Source: a bacterium
GTDB lineage: Bacteria > Krumholzibacteriota > Krumholzibacteriia > G020349025
DNA: 64,000 nucleotides
Assembly: GCA_031362565.1 (NCBI GenBank)
Contig: JANLSU010000058.1
Span: forward strand, 69,925-133,924
Reading direction: 5' to 3'
In this document: positions 8,948 to 19,412 of the stretch, piece after piece
Layout: every line of letters begins with the position of its first letter
Position numbering within the stretch: position 1 is the first letter of the stretch
The notes under the pieces: generated by a model
Databases searched by the model: none
Seen by the model: the letters and a program-made list of their open reading frames with translations, nothing else
Told to the model about the DNA's origin: nothing
Program-made: the position numbers and the translations under genes

Positions 8948-9532
8948 ATGTTGAATCAAAGTGTCCTCGTCCTCAACCGCAGCTGGCTAGCTGTGCACGT
9001 TTGCGACGTTCGCCGTGCGCTTGCGCTGCTCGTGCTAGGCCTCGCGCGGGTCGTGACCGACGAGTTCGAGACCCATGACTTCGATTCGTGGGCCGAGCTT
9101 TCGCGCGGCGCCAAGGGCGAGTCACTGCGAACCCCGCGCTTCAAGCTGCTGGTCCCCGAGGTCATCGTCCTCACGCATTACAACGCCATCCCGCCGCGTC
9201 GTGTCAAGTTTTCGCGCCGCAACATTTTCGAGCGCGACCGCTACACCTGTCAGTACTGCGGCCGCACCCCGCAGCGCGCCGAGTTGTCGATCGATCACGT
9301 CGTGCCGCGCAGCCGCGGCGGGCAGACGACGTGGAGCAACGTCATTCTGGCGTGCACCGCGTGCAACGCCAGAAAACGCGACCGCCTGCCGTCCGAGGCC
9401 GGCATGTGGCCGCAGAGAACCCCGTCCGAACCGCCCTGGCGCCCCGGGGCCGGATTTCGCTTGGGAAATCATCGGCGCAGTTGGTTGCGGTTCGTCGAGG
9501 GACCGAGCCCGCGTTGGAGTGAAGCCTCTTGA
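8948..9532 (+). CDS. HNH endonuclease (McrA/HNH_5-like)
   Basis: VLVLN, FSRRNIFERDRYTCQYCG, IDHVVPRSRGG, ACTACNARK. Confidence 0.9.
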   Translation: MLNQSVLVLNRSWLAVHVCDVRRALALLVLGLARVVTDEFETHDFDSWAELSRGAKGESLRTPRFKLLVPEVIVLTHYNAIPPRRVKFSRRNIFERDRYTCQYCGRTPQRAELSIDHVVPRSRGGQTTWSNVILACTACNARKRDRLPSEAGMWPQRTPSEPPWRPGAGFRLGNHRRSWLRFVEGPSPRWSEAS

Positions 9533-10434
9533 CCGCCCCAGCCCCGGTTGTCGTCGTCGGCGGCGGCGCGCTCGGTTGCCTCCTTGCCGCCATCCTGTCG
9601 CGCGCGACTGCCACGACACTCGTCACCCGCGGCCGGACCGCTGAGGTGCTCCGGGACCGTGGTGCGGTCGAGTTGCAGGGGCTGCTCTCGGGCCGCTATC
9701 CGGTGCTGGCGAAGGCGGCGTTCGATCCGCCCCCAGGGGCCTGCATCGTGGTCGCCGTCAAGGCGTACGACCTCGATTTGACGCTCGCACTGCTGGCGCC
9801 GCAGCTCGACCCGACGCACGAAGTGGTGCTCTTGCAGAACGGCCTGGGGATCGGTGCGTTCGCGATGCAGATCCTCGGCCGGCCGGTGACGCGCGGCATC
9901 ACCTTCATCGCCGCCGAACGCTTGCAACCGGGCGTGGTGCGGTTCAATGCGGCGGGGAAGACCTATTTCCCAGCCGCGTCGGCGATCACGGGACTCTGGC
10001 ATCGCGCCGGCCTGCCGGCGGAACCGGTCCATAATGTCGACGTCTACGAATGGCGCAAACTGGCGATCAATGCCGTGATCAATCCGCTTTCGGCACTGCT
10101 CGGAGTCGAGAACGGGGCGCTCGCAGGCCTCGTCGACACGGCGCGCGGGCTCGTCGAAGAACTGGTCAGCGTGGCGCGTTCCGATGGCGTCGAGCTCGAT
10201 GCCGACGAGACGCTCGAAAAGGTCCTCGCCAGCATCCATCAGACCGGGCGCAATCATTCCTCGATGTTGCAGGATGTGCGGGCCGGACGGCGCACCGAGA
10301 TCGATTGGATCAACGGTGCCATCGTGGCGCGCGGCATGGCGCACGGTGTGGCGACGCCGCGGCATCGTTTGCTCGCCGACTTGGTGCGCTTCGTGGCCCG
10401 TGATCCGCGTCCCGCAGTACAGGAGGCGCGGTGA
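9529..10434 (+). CDS. panE: Ketopantoate reductase
   Basis: GGGALG, VKAY, LQNG, WRKLAINAVINPL, SSMLQD, TEIDWING. Confidence 0.88.
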   Translation: MTAPAPVVVVGGGALGCLLAAILSRATATTLVTRGRTAEVLRDRGAVELQGLLSGRYPVLAKAAFDPPPGACIVVAVKAYDLDLTLALLAPQLDPTHEVVLLQNGLGIGAFAMQILGRPVTRGITFIAAERLQPGVVRFNAAGKTYFPAASAITGLWHRAGLPAEPVHNVDVYEWRKLAINAVINPLSALLGVENGALAGLVDTARGLVEELVSVARSDGVELDADETLEKVLASIHQTGRNHSSMLQDVRAGRRTEIDWINGAIVARGMAHGVATPRHRLLADLVRFVARDPRPAVQEAR

Positions 10435-13400
10435 AACGCGCCGCGGCACTGCCGGCCTTTGGCGTTCTCCTGGCGCCGGCGCTCGTAACGGCCTTTGTGG
10501 CGCGCGCGCCGGCGATCGACGCACGGCCGTGGCCGGCGCCGCCGGCCGAGATCGCCGCGCCCGCGGCGCTGGCGGCGGAATTCGAGCTGGCGCTGCCCGG
10601 CCGTTGGGAGTTGCGGCTCTGCTCCGCCACCGGAAGCCTGGCAGCCGGGGTACGCGGCGTCGCGGCCGCCGGTCCGCCTGTGACTCGCGACGCGGTGATC
10701 GCTGCCGCCGACGGCTTCCGCAACTCGATGGCCCCCAGTCTTGGAGCGGCGGGCGCCGAATGCGCCCGGCAACGGGTTGAATTCATCGGTGGTGCCTGGC
10801 ACGTCACCTGGCAGCAACGGTCGGGACTGCGGCCTGTGCTTGGGGCGTGGCTCGATGTCGTTGTCCGGCAAGATGGTGCGGTGGTTGCCTTCACGTCGAG
10901 CCTGAGGCCCGGCGTGCGGGTCGATGCAGGCCTCCAGACGGTCGATGCGGCATGCGCCGCGGTCGCGGCCTGGATGGGCCACCGGCTGCGTTGCGTCGCG
11001 AGTCAGGCGGTCGTGTGGCCGGGTGAAAACGCCGGCCTGGCGCGCGCCGCATGGCGGCTCGAGTTGATGGGCGCGCCGGACGAGCGCTGGCGAGCCGTCG
11101 TCGATGCCGCGAACGGTAACGTCCTGGCCTGTGAGACGGGGGTTCGGACCGCAGTCGCCGGGGTGTGCAGCGCCGACATCGCGCCGTTCTATGCGCAGGA
11201 CACGCCGGTCGAGCGCCCGCTGCCATGGCTGCGGGTTCATCTCGCCGATGACACGGCAACGCGCTCGGTGTGGTGCGATGCGGCAGGTGCGTTCCGGTTC
11301 GACCTCACGCCCGTCGCCGGCAGTGTTGTGCACGCCGGGCTGGAGAGTCCGTATTTGCGGGTCGGCAATGCGGCCGATGCGCCGCTCTGTGCCGCCACCA
11401 CCCCGGCGGCAGCGCTGGTGAACTTGCATTTTGGTGCGGCATCGGGCCGGCTCGATGAGCGGACGATCTATGTGCACGCGCACCGAATTCACGACTACGC
11501 GCGCGACCGTTTCGATTTTCGTGGTCTCGATGCACCGATGCCGGCGGTGGCCGGCGAGCCCGGGCTTGCGAACGCTTTTTGGGATGGAGAGGGAATTCAC
11601 TTCGGCGACGGTGGCGGGAGCTTCTACAACCTCGGTTTGTTTGCCGATGTGATCTATCACGAGTATACGCACGGCATCACCGACGTCATGTACCGGCCGT
11701 TCGGCGGGCTCGACGGCAGCCAAGGCGGTGCCATCCACGAAGGCTTGTCGGATTACTTCGCCTGTACGTTGACCGACGAACCCCTGGTGGGTGAAAACCT
11801 TTTCCGGAATGCGCCGGGCTCGGTGCTACGCAATCTCGACAACGCCTTGGTGTGGCCGGCCGATGCACGCGGCGAAGTGCATGCGGATGGCGAGATCTTC
11901 GCCGGGGCGCTCTGGAATTTGCGCCAGAGCGTCGGCAACGCGGTCAGTGATCCGCTCGTGCACTTCGCGCGAACTTTTGGGCCGCGCACGTTCGACGCCT
12001 ACGCCAACGCGGTGTTGCTCGAGGACGACCTCCTGTTCGGCGATGGGCAAGCGGGCAACGGCTCACCGCACCGCAGCGCGATCCTGGCGGCATTCGCCCG
12101 CCATGGTATCGGACCCGGAACGAGCGCGGCGCGCCAACTCGTGCACGCGCCGCTGCCGGACACCGAGGCGATCGGCGCCGGGCGCATCGTACGGGCGGGA
12201 TTCGAAGGGCATCTGTCGTCGCTCGCCGATTCACTGGTGCTCGCGTACTCGACGGGCGGCGCCTACACGTTCACCGGCATGCGCCACGAACCCGACGGCG
12301 ATTTCAGCGGCGAAATCCCGGGCCCCGTCCTCGCGGCCGGCACCACCGTCCGGTATTACGTGCGGACGACGCCGCGCCGTGGCACTCCGGCGGCGACACT
12401 GCCGCCCGGGGCGCCGAGTTCGACCTACAGTTTCCACGTTGGCGTCGATGTCACGCCGCCGTCCATCGTGTCCGACACGGCGGCCGAGTTGCCCGTCTTC
12501 GCTTGGCCGGCGACGTTGCAGGCGCGCATTCGCGACAACCTTGGCATTGCATCCGCCTACGTCGAGGTTTGGCAGGACGGCGTTGCCAGTGCGATGCTCG
12601 GCATGGTGCGGGACCGGGTCGATCCCGAACGTTTCACGACCCAATTCTCCAACACCGGCACCGTCGGGGCGCGGATTCGCTATCGAATCGTCGCGACCGA
12701 CGCGGCACATGCCGCCAATACTGCCTGTGCACCGGCGTGTGATTCGACTTTCGAAACCGTGCTCGTGGCGCGCTGGCAAGAGCGATTCGAAACCAGCGAC
12801 GGCGGCTTCGAGCATGCGAGTGTACGGCCGGGATATGCCGACGCCTGGCGCCGGTCGACGGATGCGCCGGCCACGAGCGTTGCCTGGCACTGTGGCGGGC
12901 CGGCGGCGGAATATGCCCCGGGCCTGGCCGCAGGTCTCGTGACCCCGGATGCCAGCCTGGGTACGGGTGCCGTGGCCCGCGTGCGCTCATGGATCGACGC
13001 GGAACCCAATGGTGCGCATGAGGCATTCGACGGCGCGGTCGTGGAGATTGAAATCGATGCCGACGCCGTGTGGCGGCCGCTGACGCCGATCGGCGGCTAT
13101 TCGCACATCATGGCGGCAACCGGCGGCACCAACGTGCTCGAGCCGGGCCGGCCATGTCTCGGCGGCCGGGAGCGCGTGTGGCGCGACCTCGAATTCGATC
13201 TCGGTGCGTGGGCCGGGCACCGCGTGCGTCTGCGGTTCTTGTTCGCCAGTGATGGGACGGCATCGCCGTTCGGTTATCGCGGCTGGGTCCTGGACGACTT
13301 CGACCTCGATCCCGGCAGCGTCGATCCCACCGATGTGCCCGACGCCGCCCCTGCCGCACGCCTGCTCGCCGGCGCGCCACGGCCCTGTCCGGCGCGCGGC

Positions 13401-13634
13401 CGGGTCGAATTCCAACTGGCCGCCGGGCCCCAGGAACCACTGCGGATCGCGGTCTATGACGCACGCGGCCGCCGGGTCCGGACGCTCTGGGACGGGCCGA
13501 CGTTGCAGGCGTTGCAAGTCGTTGCATGGGAGGGAAACGACGCGGGCGGCCTGGCGCTCCCCGCGGGCGTCTATTACTATCGCCTCGACTCGCGCCGGGG
13601 CCGCGAGCACGGCCGCATCGTGCTCGTGCGTTGA
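10431..13634 (+). CDS. Secreted zinc metallopeptidase (M4/M36 type) with propeptide and C-terminal FlgD-Ig/T9SS-like domain
   Basis: NAFWDG, HEYTH, HEGLSDYF, GEVHADG; PepSY-like VDAANG; C-terminal VYDARGRRVRTL…GVYYYRL…IVLVR. Confidence 0.85.
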   Translation: MKRAAALPAFGVLLAPALVTAFVARAPAIDARPWPAPPAEIAAPAALAAEFELALPGRWELRLCSATGSLAAGVRGVAAAGPPVTRDAVIAAADGFRNSMAPSLGAAGAECARQRVEFIGGAWHVTWQQRSGLRPVLGAWLDVVVRQDGAVVAFTSSLRPGVRVDAGLQTVDAACAAVAAWMGHRLRCVASQAVVWPGENAGLARAAWRLELMGAPDERWRAVVDAANGNVLACETGVRTAVAGVCSADIAPFYAQDTPVERPLPWLRVHLADDTATRSVWCDAAGAFRFDLTPVAGSVVHAGLESPYLRVGNAADAPLCAATTPAAALVNLHFGAASGRLDERTIYVHAHRIHDYARDRFDFRGLDAPMPAVAGEPGLANAFWDGEGIHFGDGGGSFYNLGLFADVIYHEYTHGITDVMYRPFGGLDGSQGGAIHEGLSDYFACTLTDEPLVGENLFRNAPGSVLRNLDNALVWPADARGEVHADGEIFAGALWNLRQSVGNAVSDPLVHFARTFGPRTFDAYANAVLLEDDLLFGDGQAGNGSPHRSAILAAFARHGIGPGTSAARQLVHAPLPDTEAIGAGRIVRAGFEGHLSSLADSLVLAYSTGGAYTFTGMRHEPDGDFSGEIPGPVLAAGTTVRYYVRTTPRRGTPAATLPPGAPSSTYSFHVGVDVTPPSIVSDTAAELPVFAWPATLQARIRDNLGIASAYVEVWQDGVASAMLGMVRDRVDPERFTTQFSNTGTVGARIRYRIVATDAAHAANTACAPACDSTFETVLVARWQERFETSDGGFEHASVRPGYADAWRRSTDAPATSVAWHCGGPAAEYAPGLAAGLVTPDASLGTGAVARVRSWIDAEPNGAHEAFDGAVVEIEIDADAVWRPLTPIGGYSHIMAATGGTNVLEPGRPCLGGRERVWRDLEFDLGAWAGHRVRLRFLFASDGTASPFGYRGWVLDDFDLDPGSVDPTDVPDAAPAARLLAGAPRPCPARGRVEFQLAAGPQEPLRIAVYDARGRRVRTLWDGPTLQALQVVAWEGNDAGGLALPAGVYYYRLDSRRGREHGRIVLVR

Positions 13635-13696
13635 TTGCGGCACGCGCTTGACCCCGGCAGCGCGCACCCGGATTCCGCTTCGGAAGGGGTTCTCCG

Positions 13697-14365
13697 TTGC
13701 GCTCGCTCTTGCGCCTTGCAGTCCTCGTGGTGCCGCTCGTCGCGGTGGCCTGCGTGCGGCAGTTTTCGACCGACATCCCGGTGAACTTCCAGACCGTGCT
13801 GGAACAGAAGTACGTCGGCCGCCAGTGTTGGACCCGGGCGACGCTCCAGGACGAAAAGAAGAACATCAAGATCGAGCAGGATCAGGAAGTTCGTATCGCC
13901 GGCTTGGGCATGCAGCGCACCGGTTCAGTCACCATCGCGTCGGCGGCCGGGCGCAAACGCGTCGTCTTTCCGTTTCACTTGCCGCGCCCGCTGACTCTCG
14001 AAGCCTACGAGAAGGCGCTGCTCGACTATCTGTGGCTCGACTCTCCGCAAGCCCGTTTCGATGCCAACAAACAGAAATATGGGACGCGCCTCGCCGAGGC
14101 GATCCGCGACCACAAGGTCCTGAAGGACATGCCGCAGTACGCCGCCTACCTGAGCTGGGGCGCGGCGTCGAATGTGGAGCGGCCCGAGGGTACGACGGTC
14201 GAGCGTTGGAAATACGACACCGCGAATTTGCAGGGGGCGCGCGTCGACCTCCAGTCCGGCAAAGTCGTAAAATTCGAGGGCGATAACATTCAGGACACCG
14301 AGGCCGCCAAGAAGCGGAAAGCGGTGCGGCGCGGCGCGAGCCCGGCCGCGGCCGAGAAGAAGTGA
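13697..14365 (+). CDS. Hypothetical lipoprotein with a C-terminal SmpA/BamE-like module
   Basis: Lipobox VAVAC; 'KDMP…SWG…ERWKY' pattern; stop overlaps the add start. Confidence 0.65.
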   Translation: MRSLLRLAVLVVPLVAVACVRQFSTDIPVNFQTVLEQKYVGRQCWTRATLQDEKKNIKIEQDQEVRIAGLGMQRTGSVTIASAAGRKRVVFPFHLPRPLTLEAYEKALLDYLWLDSPQARFDANKQKYGTRLAEAIRDHKVLKDMPQYAAYLSWGAASNVERPEGTTVERWKYDTANLQGARVDLQSGKVVKFEGDNIQDTEAAKKRKAVRRGASPAAAEKK

Positions 14366-15447
14366 TGACCGCCGCCATCCCCGAGGACCTGATTCAGGCC
14401 CTGCCCAAGACCGACTTGCACCTGCATCTCGACGGTTCGTTGCGCCTCGAAACGATCTTGGATTTGGCGCGCGAGCAGGGCATCCGGCTCCCGGCGGAGG
14501 ACCCGGTGGCGCTCGCAAAGCTCGTTCGGATGGGTGACGGCGAACGGAGCCTCGAGCGTTACTTGAAGGCGTTCGATGTGACTCTCGCCGTCCTGCAAGA
14601 AGCGGATGCACTCGAACGCACTGCCTACGAGTTGGCCGTCGATTGCGCGGCCGAAAACGTCCGCTATATCGAAGTCCGCTTTTCGCCGATTCTGCACACT
14701 CGCCACGGCCTGTCGCTCCGCGAGTCCGTCGATGCCGTCCGCACCGGCTTGCAACGCGCCGAGACCGAGCGCGGCATCAAGACCGGCATCATCCTGTGCG
14801 GCATTCGCCATATCAGCCCGGAAAGTTCGCTCGTGCTGGCCCAACTGGCGCTCGAATGCAAGGGGCAGGGGGTCGTGGGATTCGACCTCGCGGGCGCCGA
14901 GGAACACTTTCCGGCCAAGAAGCATCGCGAAGCCTTCTTTCTGATTCTCAACAACAACATCAATTGCACGGTGCACGCCGGCGAGGCCTTCGGACCGGCC
15001 TCGATCGCCCAGGCCGTCCATTATTGCGGTGCGCATCGGATCGGCCACGGAGTGCGGCTGCGTGAGGACCCCGACCTCATGGAGTACATGAACGACCACC
15101 GCATCCCGCTCGAGATGTGTTTGTCGAGCAACGTGCAAACGGGTGCGGTGCCGCGCCTGGAGGAGCACCCGGTGAAGTTCTACCTCGAGAAAGGTCTGCG
15201 CGTCACGCTCAACACCGACAACCGACTCATGAGCAACACCAACCTCTGCAAGGAATACGCGCTCGGAATGCAGGCGTGTGGTCTGACGGTGCATGATCTC
15301 GAGGAGATCATCATTTTTGGTTTCAAGAGTGCGTTCCTGCCGCTGCGCGAAAAAGCCGACCTGCTGCGCCGGGTGTTCAAGGAAATGCGCACCCTGACCG
15401 CGCCGTATCACGACCACGACGATACGAGCCACGAAGCCAACATCTAG
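14365..15447 (+). CDS. add: Adenosine deaminase
   Basis: LPKTDLHLHLDGS, GFDLAGAE, TVHAGE, RIGHG, CLSSN, NTDN. Confidence 0.92.
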   Translation: MTAAIPEDLIQALPKTDLHLHLDGSLRLETILDLAREQGIRLPAEDPVALAKLVRMGDGERSLERYLKAFDVTLAVLQEADALERTAYELAVDCAAENVRYIEVRFSPILHTRHGLSLRESVDAVRTGLQRAETERGIKTGIILCGIRHISPESSLVLAQLALECKGQGVVGFDLAGAEEHFPAKKHREAFFLILNNNINCTVHAGEAFGPASIAQAVHYCGAHRIGHGVRLREDPDLMEYMNDHRIPLEMCLSSNVQTGAVPRLEEHPVKFYLEKGLRVTLNTDNRLMSNTNLCKEYALGMQACGLTVHDLEEIIIFGFKSAFLPLREKADLLRRVFKEMRTLTAPYHDHDDTSHEANI

Positions 15448-15791
15448 AGTCCCGCCGCGATCGCCGCTTGGCGTCGAATGTCACGACCTTCCCCCTTCCG
15501 GTCGCCCGGCCGAACCGGTCGCTGTGGCGCCGGAGCGGCCGAATCTCGTGCGGCACATTCCCGCGGCTGGCCGGCAACTCGTTGCGAGCGACGTGGCAAG
15601 CAATGGACGGCCACGGTCGGGCGCACCTTCCTGACGGGCTTGCGGGCCGTCTCGGCTTCCCCGCGGCGCTCGGGCGCGCTTCCTGCAGCCGCGCTGCCGT
15701 GCGCGAGTGAAACCTGGTGGAGCGGCCAGGTTCTGACCGCGCCGCGTTCGAACGGATCCGAACGGTGCACACGAGCCGCGAGGGGCGTTTC

Positions 15792-18242
15792 ATGCTTCCC
15801 GACGACCTGGACTTGCAGCGCAACGACATCCGGCCCGAAGACCTGCCGCACGAGCTCGCGGTTCTGCCCGTGAGCGATGCCGTCATTTATCCCCACATGA
15901 TGGTGCCGCTCGTGATTTCGGACCCCAAGCTCGTGCGGTTGGCCGAAGACGTCCTCGCCGGCGACAAGACCTTTGGAGCATTTACGCAGCGCCCGCTCGG
16001 CGACGACACCGAGGATGAACTCGACGGCGTGTACCGGGTCGGAACGGCGGTTGTCGTGCACAAGCACCTGCGTTTTCCGGACGGTTCGATGCGGCTCCTC
16101 GGCAAAGGTGTGTGCCGGATCGAGATCGACCAAGTCACCGGCCGTGACCCGTATCTGCGGGCCCGCATTCGCTCGCGCCCGGACCGCCCGGCCGCCGAGC
16201 GCCGCGTGCAGGCCTTGGCGCGCAATGTCCGCAGTGCGTTCGTCAAAATCGTCGAACACTCCGACGGTTTGCCGGACGAATTGAAGGACGTCGCCGTGTC
16301 TTGTGAGGACAACGGCAAGCTGGCGGACTTGGTGTGCGCCAACGTCGATTTCCGGCTGCAGGACAAACAGGCGCTGCTCGAATCGTTCGACGTGCACTCG
16401 CGTTTGCAGAAGCTCGTCAAGCTCCTGGGCCACGAGCTGCAAGTCGTCCGCCTGGGTGAGAAACTGCAAGGCGAGATTCGCGAAGAGATGGATCGCGAGC
16501 AGCGCGAATACTACTTGCGCCAGCAAATGAAGGCGATTCGCAAGGAACTGGGTGACGGCGACGATCGCAACAACGACATCGACGACCTGCGCGAACGCAT
16601 CGAGGGTGGTCCCTTGAACGAACTGGCGCGCGAGACAGCTCTGAAAGAGTTGGAACGCTTGGCGCGCATGTCGCCGGCCTCGGCCGAGTACACGGTCTCC
16701 AAGAACTACATCGACTGGATTTTGGACCTGCCGTGGACCACCGCCACCAAGGATCATCACAATCTGCGACGGGCAGCGCAGATCCTCGACGAAGATCACT
16801 ACGACTTGCAGCCCGTCAAGCAGCGCATCCTGGAGTTCTTGGCGGTCAAGAAGCTGAACAATGAAATGCAGGGGCCCATCCTGTGCCTCGCGGGCCCACC
16901 CGGCGTCGGCAAGACCTCGCTCGGTCGCAGTGTCGCCCGCAGCTTGGGGCGGAAGTTCGTCCGCATCTCGCTCGGCGGCATGCGCGACGAAGCCGAAATC
17001 CGCGGCCACCGGCGCACCTACGTCGGCGCGTTGCCCGGCCGCATCATCCAGGGCCTGAAGACCGCCGGCTCCAACAATCCGGTGTTCATGCTGGACGAAA
17101 TCGACAAGCTCGGGACGGACTTCCGGGGCGATCCGGCATCGGCGCTCCTCGAAGTCCTCGATCCAGCGCAGAACGATACGTTCTCGGATCACTTCCTGAG
17201 CGTGCCCTTCGATCTCTCGAAGGTGCTGTTCATCGCCACCTGCAACGTTCTCGAGTCGATCCCGTATGTACTCCGCGACCGGCTCGAGATCATCGACATC
17301 GCCGGTTATACGAGCCGCGAGAAGCTCGAGATCGCGCGCCGCTACTTGGTGAAGCGCCAAATGGTGGCGCATGGCATCACGCCGTCGAACCTCGTGTTCA
17401 GCGATGCCGGTCTCTTGCAAGTGATCGGCGGCTACACGCACGAGGCCGGGGTGCGCGAGTTGGAGCGTTCCATCGGCGCTGTCTGCCGGCGCGTCGCCAA
17501 GGGTGTGGCGGAAGGCAAGCGCGGGCGCCGGCGGCTCAACAAGGACAACGTTTCGACGTATCTTGGGAAGCCGGATTTCGTGGCGCAAGAAGCGCTGACC
17601 CGCAACGAAATCGGCGTCGCGACCGGCATGGCCTGGACCCAAGCCGGCGGCGAGATTCTGTTCATCGAAGCGGTGAAGATGCCGGGGCGCGGCGCACTGA
17701 AACTCACCGGCTCGCTCGGGCTCATCATGCGGGAATCCGCCGAAGCGGCGCTTTCCTACCTGCGCGCCCGTGGACCGCAAGAGGGGCTGGCGCCGGACTT
17801 CTTCGATGTGCATGACTTCCATGTGCACGTGCCGGCCGGGGCGACGCCCAAGGACGGCCCTTCGGCGGGCATCGCGATCGCGACCGCACTGGCGTCGCTG
17901 GTGCATGGCGCGCCGGTCCGCAGCGAAATGGCCATGACTGGGGAAGTCACCTTGACGGGTAAGGTGCTGCCGGTAGGCGGGGTGCGCCAGAAAATCATGG
18001 GCGCCTTCCGGGCCGGGATCCGCGAGGTTCTCTTGCCGCAGAAAAACATGAAGGATTTGGACGAGGTCCCGCCGGAGGTCCTGGCGCGGATGCGGTTTCG
18101 CGCCGTCGAAACGGTGGATGACGTGCTGGAACGGGCGCTCAAGCGCAAGGAGCCCGTATTGACGGGCGCCGGCCCCGGGGCGCGATTGCAGCGGGCGCGC
18201 AGCCGGCGCGCCGCTGAGCGCCGGATCGCGGCCCGGTCTTGA
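15792..18242 (+). CDS. lon: Lon protease
   Basis: LON N domain, GPPGVGKT Walker [15 protein letters not shown] catalytic Ser. ATG 15792 follows GAGGGG. Confidence 0.96.
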   Translation: MLPDDLDLQRNDIRPEDLPHELAVLPVSDAVIYPHMMVPLVISDPKLVRLAEDVLAGDKTFGAFTQRPLGDDTEDELDGVYRVGTAVVVHKHLRFPDGSMRLLGKGVCRIEIDQVTGRDPYLRARIRSRPDRPAAERRVQALARNVRSAFVKIVEHSDGLPDELKDVAVSCEDNGKLADLVCANVDFRLQDKQALLESFDVHSRLQKLVKLLGHELQVVRLGEKLQGEIREEMDREQREYYLRQQMKAIRKELGDGDDRNNDIDDLRERIEGGPLNELARETALKELERLARMSPASAEYTVSKNYIDWILDLPWTTATKDHHNLRRAAQILDEDHYDLQPVKQRILEFLAVKKLNNEMQGPILCLAGPPGVGKTSLGRSVARSLGRKFVRISLGGMRDEAEIRGHRRTYVGALPGRIIQGLKTAGSNNPVFMLDEIDKLGTDFRGDPASALLEVLDPAQNDTFSDHFLSVPFDLSKVLFIATCNVLESIPYVLRDRLEIIDIAGYTSREKLEIARRYLVKRQMVAHGITPSNLVFSDAGLLQVIGGYTHEAGVRELERSIGAVCRRVAKGVAEGKRGRRRLNKDNVSTYLGKPDFVAQEALTRNEIGVATGMAWTQAGGEILFIEAVKMPGRGALKLTGSLGLIMRESAEAALSYLRARGPQEGLAPDFFDVHDFHVHVPAGATPKDGPSAGIAIATALASLVHGAPVRSEMAMTGEVTLTGKVLPVGGVRQKIMGAFRAGIREVLLPQKNMKDLDEVPPEVLARMRFRAVETVDDVLERALKRKEPVLTGAGPGARLQRARSRRAAERRIAARS

Positions 18243-18254
18243 GGGGAGACCTCC

Positions 18255-19346
18255 GTGGGTGAAGCCGCATACAACGCCGCGGTCGTGCGGCCGCTGTCGC
18301 GCTGGCTCAAGCTCGCCGGCTCCCACGAGCCGTTCAAGTTGCCGCTCGTCGGGCCCGATGGCGGGCGCGTTCTGTTCGTGCAGGATGGTGAACTCACCGA
18401 TCTGCTGTTTGCTGCGCCCTTGATCGCGGCGCTGCGCCGTACCTACCCGCGCTGCCGCATCAGCGCTCTGGTGCGCGAGGATGCGAGCGAACTCATTCGC
18501 CACCATCCGGACGTGCAGGATCTGCTCATCTACAACCCGGTGCGGATGCGCCTGACTTCGCCCAGCTACTTCAAGCTGGCGCGGAAACTCCGCAGGCAGG
18601 GCTTCGACATGGTCATCCACATGGGCGAGGCGCCGGATCCGCCGTATCAGTTGCTCGGCTATTTGTGCGGCGCACCGGTGCGCGTCGGCCCCGAAAGCGA
18701 TCGCGGCTATCCGTATGTGAACTGCGAGTTGCGGTGGAATTCCGAGCGTTCCGGCTATGAAGGCCGGCGGCTCGGCGAAGTGGCCGGACTGATGGGCGTG
18801 CAGTTGCCCACCGACTGGCGTTCGACGCTGCTCACCGATCAGGACGTGCGCTTCGCGCGCCAGCTCGTGCACTTCCGCAAGCCGCGCAAGGATCAGATCC
18901 TCATCGGGGTCGATCCGGGCAAAGGCAAGTGCAACACGCGGGTCACCGATCGCACCCTCGCATACCTGCTCGGGGTGGTGTACCAGCAGTACCGTGCGAA
19001 GGTCGTGGTCTTAGGAACCCCCGAGGAGGACGAGACGGCGACCCGGTTCGAGCAAGAACTGAAGTGCGAACGGATGGAGCTGCCGCGGCACAACGTCAAG
19101 GATACCGTGGCACTGCTGACGCAATGCGATCTGTTCGTGTCGGGCAACACGAATCTCTTCCACTTCGCTGCCGCCTTCGGCGTGCCCACGGTGGGGCTGT
19201 TCACCGAACGTGACGATCCCAAGTGGTTGCCGCCGGCGCAGCCGCATGTGGCGATCGTCCAGGGCCGCAAGGGCGAAAAGCAGTCCACCGCACAGTTCCT
19301 CGCCTTGGTGGAGCGGCTTTTGTCGCTGCCGCCGCGCGCCATCTAG
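18255..19346 (+). CDS. Glycosyltransferase family 9 (heptosyltransferase-like)
   Basis: DLLFAAPLIAALRRTYP, APVRVG, DLFVSGNTNLFHFAAAFGVPTVGLF. Confidence 0.8.
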   Translation: MGEAAYNAAVVRPLSRWLKLAGSHEPFKLPLVGPDGGRVLFVQDGELTDLLFAAPLIAALRRTYPRCRISALVREDASELIRHHPDVQDLLIYNPVRMRLTSPSYFKLARKLRRQGFDMVIHMGEAPDPPYQLLGYLCGAPVRVGPESDRGYPYVNCELRWNSERSGYEGRRLGEVAGLMGVQLPTDWRSTLLTDQDVRFARQLVHFRKPRKDQILIGVDPGKGKCNTRVTDRTLAYLLGVVYQQYRAKVVVLGTPEEDETATRFEQELKCERMELPRHNVKDTVALLTQCDLFVSGNTNLFHFAAAFGVPTVGLFTERDDPKWLPPAQPHVAIVQGRKGEKQSTAQFLALVERLLSLPPRAI

Positions 19347-19412
19347 CGCTCCCGGCACCGCGCCGCGAGGGGCCTGGCCCATACCGCGACGAGCGGCTAT
19401 GCTGGCAGCCGA

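Noticed and set aside
8948..9532. HNH nuclease as a defence or mobile element
   Set aside because: It is a common stand-alone type coupled to panE, with no methylase, IS ends or array nearby.
15448..15791. Small ORFs or a CIRCE/heat-shock element upstream of lon
   Set aside because: No CIRCE inverted repeat or convincing SD was seen, and the translations are uninformative.
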